Below, piece by piece: positions 1-11,211 of a DNA stretch of 64,000 nt (position 1 is its first letter; each line of letters opens with the position of its first letter). Made by a program: the position numbers and the translations under genes. The notes below the pieces were generated by a model, which was given only the letters and a program-made list of their open reading frames with translations, was not told the origin of the DNA and did not search any database. This stretch comes from Dehalococcoidia bacterium (GTDB taxonomy: Bacteria; Chloroflexota; Dehalococcoidia; Lucifugimonadales; UBA3495). The stretch lies in the NCBI GenBank assembly GCA_963666865.1, contig OY763072.1, positions 842,572 to 906,571 on the forward strand. Direction: 5' to 3'.

Positions 1-110
1 AACCTGCTGCGGATGATATCGCGAAACAGGGCGCCGTCGGGGATATATTCCTCCGGCGGACTGACAATAGGCCAAAGGTACGATAGCTCGTTGTAGAGGC
101 GCTGCGTCAT
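1..110 (-). CDS. 5' end (cut by window edge) of a probable class I SAM-dependent methyltransferase
   Basis: ATG at 110..108, 7 nt after the stop of the upstream gene. MTQRLYNELSYLWPIVSPPEEYIPDGALFRDIIRSR resembles methyltransferase N-termini. Only 36 codons are visible. Confidence 0.35.
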   Translation of the reverse strand, partial: MTQRLYNELSYLWPIVSPPEEYIPDGALFRDIIRSR

Positions 111-117
111 TGCTGGT

Positions 118-1085
<968 letters not shown>

Positions 1086-1099
1086 CGACGGCGGAACTG

Positions 1100-2631
1100 C
1101 ACCGTGATGGACCGCGAACAAAGCGTCCCTCAAGATCAGGAAGGTCGAGCCCGGTGAACCTCCGGCCGATGAGCTCGGTCCACCAGCTCTGGACGCTGCC
1201 CGCCCACGTCCTGACCGCGGCCAGGACGGACGGCCCGCTCTCCTCCGGCTCGGTGGACCGGGAACTCGTATCCCGGCAGTTGCCGTCGGACGAGTCGTAC
1301 TGGAGCGTGACGCCGATCTGGTCGATCCCGTCCCGGCCGTCGTTCACCGCAAGGTCAATCATGATGAAGCCATCGACGGTGTCCAGGTCCCTGGGGATGG
1401 TGCGGGACACCCGGATCACGCCCCAATAGGCCTCTCCGTCTTGACCGTGCTCACGGTGAAGTGGGCGTCCGCTATCTCGTCAAAGCCGGTGACGCGGTAG
1501 AACTGCAGCCGGTCGCCGTCCCGGGCGTAGGCGGTGACCCGGCCCACCTCCGTGCCGGCGCCCGCGTCGCTGCCGGCGGGCCATTCCAGGTCCACCGCGC
1601 CGTCCCTGGGGTGGCGGTCAGCCGGCTGGTGGCCTGGGGTTCCGGCCGCGTCGCCGGCGCGCCGGGACCGCCACCTGGTGGCCGGCCTGGTTGCCCAGCC
1701 CGGCGAAGTCGAGCATCACGTCGTTGCCGTCGCCGTCCCGGATGGGGTGTCCGCTCACTTCGAAGGGGTTGGCGGGGATGCCCACGCCGTTGTCGTCGCG
1801 GTCCCACTGCCCGACGGTGTAGTGGAACCGGAGGGTATCCGTGCCGCTGCCTCCGGCGAATTCCGCCTCCCGTGCCCCGGCGCCAATCTGGAGCCGCAGG
1901 GCAGGGGAGCCGGTTACGTACACGACTTTACTGAACTGGGCCTCGACCTCGATGACGTCTCCGGGCAGATAGGCGCCGGGGCCGTTCACCTGGGGAGTGG
2001 GCGCGGAGGTTATGGACAGGCCGGTCAGGCAAGGCGGGTTTTTCGCGGCGACGGCTTTCCAGTCTGGATTCAGCGAAAACTCGTTGTTGGCCGGCCGGTG
2101 GTCCAAGTAGGTGGCGGAGTGCTCGGTGTACCCGTCGGGGATCGTGTTGCCGTCGCACGGGAGGTCCCTTGGGGGCGGAGTATCGTCATCCCGGGTCCCG
2201 GTGCGCACGCAGTAGTCCTGGTGGTTCTTGATGGAACCGGTGACCGGCTCGGTGACGTCCCCGTTGAGTTCGGCGACGATGGTCCGCGTCTCGCCCTCGG
2301 ACTGGCGCAGGCCGACGCGGCGATATTCCTTGTGCTTGAGTTCGCCAATGTCCCACACGTCGGTCTGCAGGTCGTAGTCTTCCGAGTCGGCCCGGAGAAC
2401 TTCATCCCGGCTGGCAGCGTCACCGGGACCCGCACGGCCGGCGCGTGGTCCGGGCCGTGGTTCGTCGCGGTCACGGTGAAGGCCACCTGGTCACCCGCCG
2501 TCATCCCGCTCGCAGCCGGCGTCGCCTTCACCTCCAGGTCCGCCATGGGGCCGACGTGGAAGGTATAGGTCTCGGTGGCGCAAATCTCTGGTTGACGTTG
2601 TTGGTGTTGGGATCGCAGTCTTCGTCACCGT
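1100..2631 (-). pseudogene. distal part of a large secreted repeat/adhesin-like protein, separated from its 5' part by the IS and frameshifted
   Basis: DUF11-type segment (DLEVKATPAASGMTAGDQVAFTVTATNHGPDHAPAVRVPVTLPAGM) and adhesin-type repeat (TLRFHYTVGQWDRDDNGVGIPANPFEVSGHPIRDGDGNDVMLDFAGLGNQAGHQ) are spread over at least 3 frames (ORFs 2070..2546, 1618..2358, 829..1419). The 3' limit is uncertain. Confidence 0.55.
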
Positions 2632-2878
2632 CTAGTATTACAGTCGCGCTTAGTTTGATAGTATGAGCCCATGACTACTGGTGAGAGCGGAGGGGTTGGA
2701 GATGGGTCGGGCGTTGCTGGAGGGAGAGGCGGTCCTGAGGGAAGTGCTGGAGTGGGAAGTTGGGTTGCGGGCGCTGCACGAGCGTATCGGTCATCGTTTT
2801 AGTCGCAGTGAGTCGCGGCAGCGGGTTCTGTCGTACCTGCAAGGATTGCTGGGGTCGGTGGAGCGCAAGAACGGGTGG

Positions 2879-2893
2879 TCCGCCTGCGGCGGA
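2879..2893. repeat. TCCGCC-N3-GGCGGA palindrome (loop TGC) in IS701-like tnp
   Basis: tccgcctgcggcgga. Coincides with the switch from the 2681 frame to the 2875 frame. Confidence 0.9.
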
Positions 2894-2928
2894 CCGAGTA
2901 CGCTGGGGACGCCACCCCCGACGGGGTG

Positions 2929-2943
2929 TCCGCCGGAGGCGGA
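2929..2943. repeat. TCCGCC-N3-GGCGGA palindrome (loop GGA) in IS701-like tnp
   Basis: tccgccggaggcgga. In frame (SAGGG); the region is 2 aa longer than in the homologue at 55.6 kb. Confidence 0.9.
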
Positions 2944-3620
2944 CTGGCGGTGTACCACTGGGATGCGGATGAGGTGCGGGATGATCTGCAAGGGTACGTG
3001 GTGGAGCATCTGGGAGACCCAGAGGCGGTGCTGGTGGCGGATGAGACGGGGTTTCTGAAGCAGGGGAGGAAGTCGGTGGGGGTAAAGCGACAGTACAGCG
3101 GCACGGCGGGGAAGGTGGAGAACTGTCAGATCGGAGTGTTTTTGGCCTATGGCAGTTGTTACGGCGCCGCTTTTCTGGATCGGGAGTTGTATTTGCCCCA
3201 GGAATGGGCGGAGGATGTGGAGCGGCGGCAGGAAGCTGGGGTGCCGGAAGAGGTAATTTTCCATACCAAAGGGGAACTGGCCCAAACCATGATTGCCCGG
3301 GCGGTGTCGGCTGGGGTGCCCTTTGGCTGGGTGGCTGGCGATACGGTGTACGGCAACGACCGGCGACTGCGGCGGTGGCTGGCGGAGCAGAGCCTGCCCT
3401 ACGTGCTGGCGGTGAAGAGCAATGAGCCCCTGTGGGCCGACACGGAGCGTGGCTCGGCCCAGGTGGCGGCCCGGGAGTTGGCCCAGCAGATACCCGATGA
3501 CCAGTGGCAACGTCTCAGCGCTGGAGACGGGTCCAAAGGGCCACGCCTCTAAGATTGGGGCCGATTGCCGATCCGTCCCTGGTCAGAACCGGACCCGGGG
3601 CATTGGCTGTTGGTGCGTCG

Positions 3621-3635
3621 TCCGCCGCAGGCGGA
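3621..3635. repeat. TCCGCC-N3-GGCGGA palindrome (loop GCA) in IS701-like tnp
   Basis: tccgccgcaggcgga. Sits between HWLLVRR and TDPEDLAYY, which are in different frames. Confidence 0.9.
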
Positions 3636-3821
3636 CCGATCCCGAAGACCTGGCCTATTACGCCTGTTTTGGAGCGGCGGAAGTGCCGCTGGCCGAACTG
3701 GTGCGGGTGGCGGGCAGCCGCTGGATCATCGAAGATGCCTTCAAAGAAGCCAAGCAGGAAGTGGGTCTGGACGAATACGAGGTGCGCCGATGGGTGGGAT
3801 GGTACCGGCACATCACCCTGG

Positions 3822-3836
3822 TCCGCCTGAGGCGGA
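3822..3836. repeat. TCCGCC-N3-GGCGGA palindrome (loop TGA) in IS701-like tnp
   Basis: tccgcctgaggcgga. Sits between WYRHITL and [10 protein letters not shown], which are in different frames. Confidence 0.9.
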
Positions 3837-4102
3837 CTGGCCCATGCCTTTCTGGCAGCGACCCGGCGCTACGCCGTCGGTGGCCATGGCAAAAGGGGGC
3901 GGTCCCCCCGGGAGAACTCATCCCGTTGACCGTGTCCGAGGTCAGACTGCTGCTCTGCCGGCTGCTGTGGCTACCCCGAGGCAGTCCTGCCCTGACCATC
4001 CAATGGTCAGGATGGAGACGCCGGCATCAGGCCCGGGCTAGACAGTGTCATTACAAGAGACGCTTTCTGAGACTTTCACCACAAGCGCGACTGTAATATT
4101 AG

Positions 4103-6097
4103 GATCCAGACCAGGTCACGGTGACCCGGTTGGTCTCGGTTGATTCGTTTCCATTCGGGTTCCAGAAACGCAGGTAGTACGTGTGCGTTCCGGCCGTGCT
4201 CTTGGAGCGATACGCTGACCCGAACGCTCCGGATGCGCCTTCGCGGTCCGTTTCAGAGCCATTAGTCATCTCCACTAAGATGAAGGACAGTTGACTTGCG
4301 TGCACCGGCGGGTTTTGTATCGTTACGCTCAACTTCACTGATTGCCCAACGTTGGGAGAAGTATTGCTGACGTCTAGCGTGGCCTGGGAGATGGGACCCA
4401 CCTCGATCAGCACGCCGATGGTGTGGTCGACGGTGTCGTTGGCATCCTTGCCGTCGCTCACTCCCAGCGTCAGGTCGTAGGATGGTTCGGTTTCGTAACG
4501 CAGATTGGCGCCACTGGCGACTGCAACCTGGGCGTCGCCCGAGACCGACGATACGGTGCATTTGTCCGCGCCTGCCCCGGTCAGAGTGAAGGTCAGCGTG
4601 TCGCCGGAGTTGGGTTCCTTGACTGGTATCGGGTCACCCACAGGGGTTCCAGCCGGGGACTTATCCAGCACCGACCGCGTTATCTGGAACATCGGGTCCA
4701 CGTTGCCGCTGCTCACTACCGCGATCACAGCCGTGTTGTTCGACGGATCCGTGTCCAACACCGGCAACTTGTATTTCTCCACGGTCTTCCCGTTATCCTC
4801 GGTTTCCGTGATCTTCACGCGCTCCGTGGCGGATATGGCCGCTTTCAAGTCCAACTCCTGTCCGTGGGTCCCGCATCCACCGTGGCCTTGATGGTCAGGG
4901 TCTTCGAGGCGCCGGACGCCAGGCTGCCGGCGTCCCAGGTCCAGACACGATCGCTGTCGCTGTCGGCGAAGGTATCGCTGGCCGGGGCGTGAGACGAGTA
5001 GGTCAGTCCCGGAGGCAGAGTGACGTCAACGCTGGTTTCGGGCGCAGTCTCCGGGCCCGCATTGCTGGCGGTAATTGTGATGGTTACCGTGTCATTAGGC
5101 GAGGGGTTGTCCGGCGTGACCGTAGCCGTGACGCCGAGGTCGGCTTCTGCGACCACATGAATGATGTACGTCCGCATGTCGCTAGTCACGCTGTCATCCG
5201 GGCTTATGGGCTTCAGACCATCGGACCGTTTGGTAGCGTGGTTGGGGTTGCCCCTGATGTGCACCTGGAACTCGTAAGTGCCGCGGCTGGTGAAGAACAA
5301 CCTGGGGCGTTCGTACCCTCCGGACGCCACCTGCATTTCGGCGACCTGTGCATTGGTCGAATTCCATGGAAGAGTTTCCTTTCGTACGCGAGCGTGTACC
5401 TCGGGTCCTGCCTGTCGATATCAGTTTGGTGAACGTGGTCCAGCAGGTACTCGACCACGAAGCCGTCTTTTTCGTTCAGATCAGTCCAATCCAACGGATT
5501 CAGCAGGGCGGCGGAGAAGGTGATACACAAATCGTTGCTCGCGGGGGTCCCTTCCGGGGGACACGCCGGCAACGCCCATACGATGCCGTCGCCAACTCCA
5601 TCGGGCGTACCGTTGTCGTCGGTGTCGCGGTCTTCCTTAGCGTCGGCTATCCACAGGTCCCCGTACTTGGTCTTTGGATAGTCGGTTTCGTTCAGAGTGA
5701 CCTTGGCGCTATTCGGGATGGGGATGATGGTTTTATCGATGTCGATGCTGGACGGGAAGCGGTCATCCCTGGCCGTATGGCCTCCACGGCCTTTCTGCTC
5801 CGGAACGTGCGTCACCGTGGGCGGGCAGGAGGTGTTGGTCAGCTCCTTCTCGACCGGGTTCCAGTACACGTCGAACAGTGCGACGTGGACGGAATCGACC
5901 AAACTGACCGCCACATCGTTGGTATTGCCTTTCTCACCCGGACAAGGTTTAGGCGCAGCATGGCGCGGGGTTGGGGTCTTGCTCTGCGGTTGTGGCAGCA
6001 GGCTGTCGCTGCCGCCAGAGGTCGGGAGTGCGGTGGTGGCCAGGGCGGCCGCCGCAAAGACGGAAAGTTGCATTCTCTTTCGGTTCATGGTATTCAT
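4103..6097 (-). pseudogene. 5' part of the secreted repeat/adhesin-like protein (signal peptide, DUF11 and cadherin-like repeats), frameshifted and cut by the IS
   Basis: AAGGAGA precedes ATG 6097. Signal peptide MNTMNRKRMQLSVFAAAALATTALP. Frameshifts near 5340 and 4855 (ORFs 5213..6262, 4845..5336, 4099..4854). The present stop lies inside the IS inverted repeat. Confidence 0.7.
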
Positions 6098-6406
6098 ACC
6101 TTCGTATCTGTCTCCTTTTTGGAGGGGGTTCGGATGCCGGGGAGCACCAGGTGTCAGCCAGCGTTGCTCCCCATTTCTATTCCGTGCCGGACTTTTGCGT
6201 TTTGGGCTAGTCCAGCGACGTTTTCCGACACACGCGCGGATGGATTCGGATTTCCGGCGCATACCTGGAGCGGGCCGCCTCCGGGGCTGGCTCGTTGGGT
6301 GTGGAAGGCGGAAGCAAAGCCGTTGCCGGGGCCGCGGCGAACGCGGGCCGAGGGCAAGGCGCCGGGATGAAACGGTCAGCCAAGGCTGCTCCGTGGGACG
6401 CTTGGG

Positions 6407-7706
6407 ATGCGGCAGCCGGACGACCGCGACCGTGAGCTACAGATCCTGCGGAAACGCCTGTCCCGGCTCAGCGAGGCCAGCCGGCGGATCAACGAGAGCC
6501 TGGAGCTGGACACGGTGCTGCAGGAGGTGCTGGACAGCGCCCGCTCCCTGACCGGAGCCCGCTATGCCGTGATTACCACCCTGGACCCGGCCGGGCAGTT
6601 GGAGGACTTCCTGGCCTCCGGCCTGACTGCGGCGGAGGTTCGGGGCCTGTGGGAGATGCCCGAGGGGATCAGGTTCTTCGAGTACCTGAGCAACCTCCCG
6701 GGACCGCTGCGCGTCGGCGACTTTGCCGGCTACAGCCGGGCCATGGGCCTGCCCGAGTTCCGCCCGCCCGGCTCCCACGGGGGCTTCCTGATGGCCCCCA
6801 TCCGGCACCGGGGCGAGGGCGTCGGCAACATCTACCTGGCCAAGACCGAGCCCGGCGAGGAGTTCAGCCGGGAGGACGAGGAGACCCTGGTGATGTTCGC
6901 CGCCTCGGCGGCGCTGGTCATTGCTAACACCCGCCGGCACCGGGAGGAGCGGCGGGCCCGGGCCGACCTGGAGACCCTGGTCAATACTTCACCGGTGGGC
7001 GTGGTGGTCTTCGACGCCAGGGCCGGCGCGCCGTTGTACGTGAACCGGGGGCGCGGAGGATCCTGGGCGACCTGCGGACGCTGGACGGCGACCTGGAGCA
7101 GTTGTTGGAGGCGCTGACCTTCCAGCGGGCCGACGGGCGGGAGGTCTCTCCGGCAGAGTTCCCCTTGCCCAGGCCCTCAGCGCCGTCGAGACGGTACGGG
7201 CCGAGGAGATCGTCATCCAGGTGCCCGACGGCCGGTCGGTGACCACCCTCATCAACGCCACGCCCATCCACGCGGAGGATGGTAGTCTGGACAAGGTGGT
7301 GGTCACGTTGCAGGACCTGGCGCCCCTGGAGAATCTAGATCGGAGCGCCGTGCGCCGTCCACCGGCTGTGTCGCCGGCAGAGACTTTCATGCTGGGCGAC
7401 TTGACCTTGGATTACGCCCAGCGCGCGGTCAGCGTGGCCGGCCATCCGGTGCGTCTCACCCCCACGGAGTACGACCTGCTCTGCGAGCTGTCGGTCAACG
7501 CCGTGCGCGTGCTGACCTTCGACCACCTGGTGGCGCAGGTCTGGGGGCCGGAGCACTCCGGGGGCCGGGGGAGCGTGCGCACCTACGTGAAGCGGTTGCG
7601 CCGCAAGCTGGGGGAGGATGCCATCAGCCAGAAGTACATCTTCGCCGAACCCCGCGTCGGCTACCGCATGGGCCGGTCGGAAGCGTCGGGGGAGGCCGAG
7701 CAATAG
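6407..7706 (+). pseudogene. GAF-PAS-OmpR/PhoB winged-helix transcriptional regulator with two frameshifts
   Basis: GAF-like N-terminus (ORF 6407..7117); PAS-like middle section readable only after a shift near 7050 (ARRILGDLRTLDGDLEQLLEALTFQRADGREV) and a second near 7165; C-terminal trans_reg_C domain (LTPTEYDLLCEL...VRTYVKRLRRKLGEDA...VGYRM, ORF 7221..7706). Confidence 0.75.
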
Positions 7707-7931
7707 GCCGCCGGTTGCAACTTGGGTCGGCTGGCCCGGTGCGCGTCTGTCCACGCGTGAGCGAGCGCCAGTATGCGCGGTCCGCACAGTCGAAGTAGTT
7801 GTACTGCTTTCAGAGAGAGACACTACCGACAAATGCGGAGATTTCACGCCCAGCAGCGCGTGTGCTACAATGCGGTCACCGGGCGGGACGGCTGTGGTCC
7901 GCCCGACAACAAATGCCAGGGAGGTGCCACA

Positions 7932-8564
7932 ATGGCCGAATCCGATTTCACCGTTTATTACGACTTTCGTTGACCCTTCGTGTACAACGCTGCCATGTGG
8001 TGGGCGAAAGTACGCGAGAACACCGACCACGAAATCACCGTGGATCTGAAGCCGTTCTCGCTGGTTCAGGTAAATCACGACAACAACAATGACGACGGGT
8101 TCAAGTACTGGGAGCAGGACGACTCTGACAACACCCTGCTGGAACTCCGGGCCGGCATCGCCGCCCAGCGCCAGGGTGAGGAGATCTTCGACCGCTTCTT
8201 CATCAACCTGCTCAAGGCTCGCCACGAGGACCGCATTGACCTGACCGACGCCGATGCCATCAACGCGGTGGCCGAGGCCTCCGGCGTGGACATGGGCCAG
8301 TTCGCGGAAGACCTGGCCGACCCTGACGTCCTCCGGGAAATCGGCGAGAGTCACACCGAGGCTGTGGAAGTTCACGGCGCGTTCGGCGTCCCTCTGTACG
8401 TCTTCCCCAACGGCAACTCCGCCTTCGTCAAGATGTTCATTCCCTCCGACGACGAGTCCGGCGCCATCTATGACAACCTCGTCGAGATGATGGCCGACCA
8501 CAAGCACGTCGGTGAGGTCAAGCGGCCCTCCCCGCCGTGGCCCTACGAAGGTGTGCGCGGATAA
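7932..8564 (+). CDS. DsbA-like thioredoxin-fold oxidoreductase; candidate selenoprotein (in-frame TGA 7971..7973)
   Basis: GGGAGGTG lies 7 nt before ATG 7932. MAESDFTVYYDFR-TGA-PFVYNAAMWW..., same frame as ORF 7980..8564. The TGA falls at the Cys of the DsbA-type YxDxxCP(F/W) motif. GTG 7980 has no RBS. Confidence 0.6.
7977..8018 (+). promoter_or_regulatory. candidate SECIS-like hairpin downstream of TGA 7971
   Basis: Outer stem uucguguac/guacgcgag (9 bp including 2 GU); inner stem cgcugcc/ggugggcg with one bulged G; apical loop AUGU at +25..+28 from the U of UGA. Confidence 0.35.
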
Positions 8565-8580
8565 TCGTATCCCGACCGAG

Positions 8581-9315
8581 ATGAGTTCGCCCGGCGGACA
8601 TCGACCCGTCGCCGAACTGGAACAAGCCCTGGGCCTGAGCTTTCGGGACCGGGGCTTGTTGGTTCAGGCGCTGACCCACCGTTCCTACGTGAACGATACC
8701 GGCGGAACGGAAAGCGATTCCTACGAGCGACTGGAGTTCCTGGGCGATGTGGTGGTTCGCCTGATTGTCAGTGACGAGCTGTACCGTCGTCTGCCGGAAT
8801 GCAACGAAGGCGGTTTGACCCGACGGTTGGCGACACTGGTAAGCCAGCGCTCGCTGGCTGCCGCCGCGGCGACCATGGACCTGTCCGAGTACGTGCTGCT
8901 GGGACGGGGGGCCGAATCCACCGGCGACCGGTACAGCGACGGCGTTCGGGGCGACGTGATGGAGTCCGTAATCGCCGCCGTGTACCTCGACGCCGGTTAC
9001 GAAGCAACGGAGAGCTTCGTACTGGCTGCGCTGGCTGATGAGATTGATGCGGCGTGCCAATCCGACTGGAGGCCGGATAATCCCAAAGCGGAACTACAGG
9101 AGTTGCTGCAAGGACGAGGGCAACCCACTCCAACCTACCGCGTGGTCACATTCTCCGGTCCGGCGCACCAGCCGGAATTCACCGTTGAGGTAGCGTCGGA
9201 TGGCGACGTATTGGGCGTCGGCACCGGCCGGAGCAAGAACGCCGCCGAAACCGAAGCGGCGCGGGCGGCGTTGGCGGTCCTGACGAGTGGGCAATCGGGT
9301 GAGGGCAGTGGATAA
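8581..9315 (+). CDS. rnc: ribonuclease III
   Basis: ERLEFLGDVVV signature, dsRBD at the C-terminus (GPAHQPEFTVEV...GTGRSKNAAETEAARAAL). ATG at 8581. Confidence 0.9.
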   Translation: MSSPGGHRPVAELEQALGLSFRDRGLLVQALTHRSYVNDTGGTESDSYERLEFLGDVVVRLIVSDELYRRLPECNEGGLTRRLATLVSQRSLAAAAATMDLSEYVLLGRGAESTGDRYSDGVRGDVMESVIAAVYLDAGYEATESFVLAALADEIDAACQSDWRPDNPKAELQELLQGRGQPTPTYRVVTFSGPAHQPEFTVEVASDGDVLGVGTGRSKNAAETEAARAALAVLTSGQSGEGSG

Positions 9316-9371
9316 TCGGAGCATAATCTATAATAGAAACACCCACGCCATGGCTGTTGGGAGGAATGCTG

Positions 9372-9701
9372 ATGATTGAGCTGACTAAAGAGGTCAAACA
9401 GCAGGTAATCGACCTGGTCCGGGCCGACCTGGCCGAGAAGTTCGGCCCCGAAGACCCCATCGTGTTCGGCCCCATCGTCATAGATCCCAGACTCGACCCG
9501 GACGGGGATGAGTACTTCCATATCTACGTGGTCTATGACGGAGACGATGATCTGATGGAACCGCTGTGGACCGCAGATATGACCTGGCGGCTGTGGCCCA
9601 AGTTGACGGCCATGGGAATACCGGAGTCGCCGACCAAATCCTTCGTCGAGAAATCGGAGTGGGAAGAGGTTCTGGCGGAAAAGTTCCGTGAATCCCAATG
9701 A
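9372..9701 (+). CDS. small acidic hypothetical protein, upstream partner of a HEPN-like gene
   Basis: GGGAGG lies 8 nt before ATG 9372. The stop overlaps the next gene by 14 nt. No family recognised. Confidence 0.5.
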   Translation: MIELTKEVKQQVIDLVRADLAEKFGPEDPIVFGPIVIDPRLDPDGDEYFHIYVVYDGDDDLMEPLWTADMTWRLWPKLTAMGIPESPTKSFVEKSEWEEVLAEKFRESQ

Positions 9702-10173
9702 CCTGATTGACTCCGCCCGACAACGGGCCGGCGGAGCGGTCCCGCCCGGGCGAGGACGCCCACGGCAAACCGACCTGCAACGGGCGGTGAGCGACACCTA
9801 TTACGCTATGTTTCACACTCTGACAACCTGCGCAGCCAATGCACTGGTGGGAACCAGCCGCGCTGCCAGAAGGCAGCCGGAATGGCGTCAAATCTACCGT
9901 GCACTGGAACACGGCTATGCCAGGCGACAATGCAGCAACAATCGGGCACTTGCCCAATTTCCCACGTCGATACGGAGGTTCGGGCGTCATTTCGCAGACA
10001 CCCAACAGCTGCGCCATCTGGCCGACTATGACCCAGACAGCAACCTGACCCGCCGGGAAGTCCTACGTCTCATTAACGAAACCGAACAAATCACACAAGC
10101 ATTTGACCGTGCTCCCGCCGACCGCCGCCGCGCCTTCGCCATCTATGTCCTGTTCCGCACCCGGACAGCTTGA
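9688..10173 (+). CDS. HEPN-like domain protein (putative toxin of a two-gene cassette)
   Basis: All-helical; AVSDTYYAMFHTL...QQLRHLADYD resembles the HEPN core helix and the R..ADY motif. GTG start overlaps the upstream ORF. Confidence 0.45.
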   Translation: MNPNDLIDSARQRAGGAVPPGRGRPRQTDLQRAVSDTYYAMFHTLTTCAANALVGTSRAARRQPEWRQIYRALEHGYARRQCSNNRALAQFPTSIRRFGRHFADTQQLRHLADYDPDSNLTRREVLRLINETEQITQAFDRAPADRRRAFAIYVLFRTRTA

Positions 10174-10230
10174 CCCAGCGGGAACTGACAACTTGCCGCC
10201 TACCAACTCCGCTGATAACCTTTCCTCACT

Positions 10231-11190
10231 ATGTTTTCCATATTCAAACGCAACCGGGCGGAGACGAACCGCCAGCAGACCGACGCCGGAGTGAAACGCA
10301 GCCGGGACAGCTGGTTTGGCCGCATCCGCAACCTGTTCACATCCCGGGAGTTGGACGATTCCATCTGGGACGAAATCGAGGAAATTCTCATCTCCGCCGA
10401 CGTCAGCGTCGATACGACCATGGCGATGCTGGACGACCTGCGAGCCGATGTCCGGGCGGGTCGTGTTGGCGATGGGGAGGCTGCCTTCTCCCGGCTCAAG
10501 GAATTGCTGGCGGCGGAACTGGCCGCCGAGGACGACCCCGACGTGTGGCTGGATGACGACAGCATCGCCGCGCCCTACGTGATACTGGTTTGCGGCGTGA
10601 ACGGCGTGGGCAAGACCACCAGCATCGCCAAGCTGGCGCACCACTTCACCGCATCCGGCAAGAAGGTGATGTTGGGCGCAGCCGATACCTTCCGCGCCGC
10701 CGCCGAGGAGCAGTTGGAGATTCTTGGCGAACGGGCCGGTGTGGACGTGATCAGCCACCAGCACGGCGCCGACCCCGGCGCGGTGGCTTACGACGCCTGG
10801 CAGGCCGCTCACGCCAGGGGCGCCGACATCCTCATCGTTGATACCGCCGGCCGGCTTCATACCCGCAACAACCTGATGGACGAACTGCGCAAGGTGCGGC
10901 GGGTCATCAACGGCCTGGACGACGCTGCGCCCCACCAGGTGCTGCTGACCCTGGACGCCACCACCGGCCACAACGGCCTGACCCAGGCCCAGGCTTTCAC
11001 CGACGCCGTGGGCTGCACCGGCATCTTCCTGGCCAAGCTGGACGGCACCGCCCGGGGCGGCATCGTGCTGTCCATCCGCCGCGAGCTGGGCGTGCCCATC
11101 CTGTTCATCGGCACCGGCGAGGGCTTGGACGACATCGCGCCTTTCGACGCCCACGAGTTCGTTGATGCCATGCTCGCGCCGGCATCCTGA
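10231..11190 (+). CDS. ftsY: signal recognition particle receptor FtsY
   Basis: [20 protein letters not shown] and [14 protein letters not shown]-GTPase motifs. Confidence 0.9.
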   Translation: MFSIFKRNRAETNRQQTDAGVKRSRDSWFGRIRNLFTSRELDDSIWDEIEEILISADVSVDTTMAMLDDLRADVRAGRVGDGEAAFSRLKELLAAELAAEDDPDVWLDDDSIAAPYVILVCGVNGVGKTTSIAKLAHHFTASGKKVMLGAADTFRAAAEEQLEILGERAGVDVISHQHGADPGAVAYDAWQAAHARGADILIVDTAGRLHTRNNLMDELRKVRRVINGLDDAAPHQVLLTLDATTGHNGLTQAQAFTDAVGCTGIFLAKLDGTARGGIVLSIRRELGVPILFIGTGEGLDDIAPFDAHEFVDAMLAPAS

Positions 11191-11211
11191 CCCTATTTCC
11201 ATTCTCTGACC

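Larger units (their letters stand above)
2681..3929 (+). pseudogene. IS701-family DDE transposase, degenerate
   Basis: VERKNGW / AGDATPDGV...[61 protein letters not shown] / [10 protein letters not shown] / HWLLVRR / DPEDLAYY...[36 protein letters not shown]. At least 4 frames, plus an in-frame TAA at 3550..3552 where the homologue at 54.9 kb has Tyr. Confidence 0.85.
2632..4102 (+). mobile_element. IS701-family insertion sequence (copy 1)
   Basis: Terminal inverted repeats ctagtattacagtcgcgctt (2632..2651) and aagcgcgactgtaatattag (4083..4102) match 19/20. 1471 bp. Encloses an IS701-type DDE transposase and splits the surface-protein gene. Confidence 0.85.

Noticed and set aside
3550-3552. 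In-frame stops in IS genes (TAA 3550, TAG in NEKL*ALTDKG near 55126, TAG 60616 in hicB) as further recoding candidates
   Set aside because: They are TAA/TAG rather than TGA, fall at Tyr, Trp or Leu positions rather than Cys, and lie in genes with other lesions. They are ordinary nonsense mutations. They do show that this genome accumulates premature stops, which is the main alternative explanation for the two TGA cases.
7335-8507. 390-aa ORF on the minus strand
   Set aside because: It is antisense to the regulator 3' end and the DsbA-like gene, has a low-complexity Val/Gly/His-rich translation and no motifs. This is a typical high-GC shadow ORF. The same applies to 10063..11202(-), 19801..20934(-), 27742..28902(-), 41786..43057(+), 47854..50046(+), 62242..63597(+) and 53205..54248(-)/57847..58782(+).
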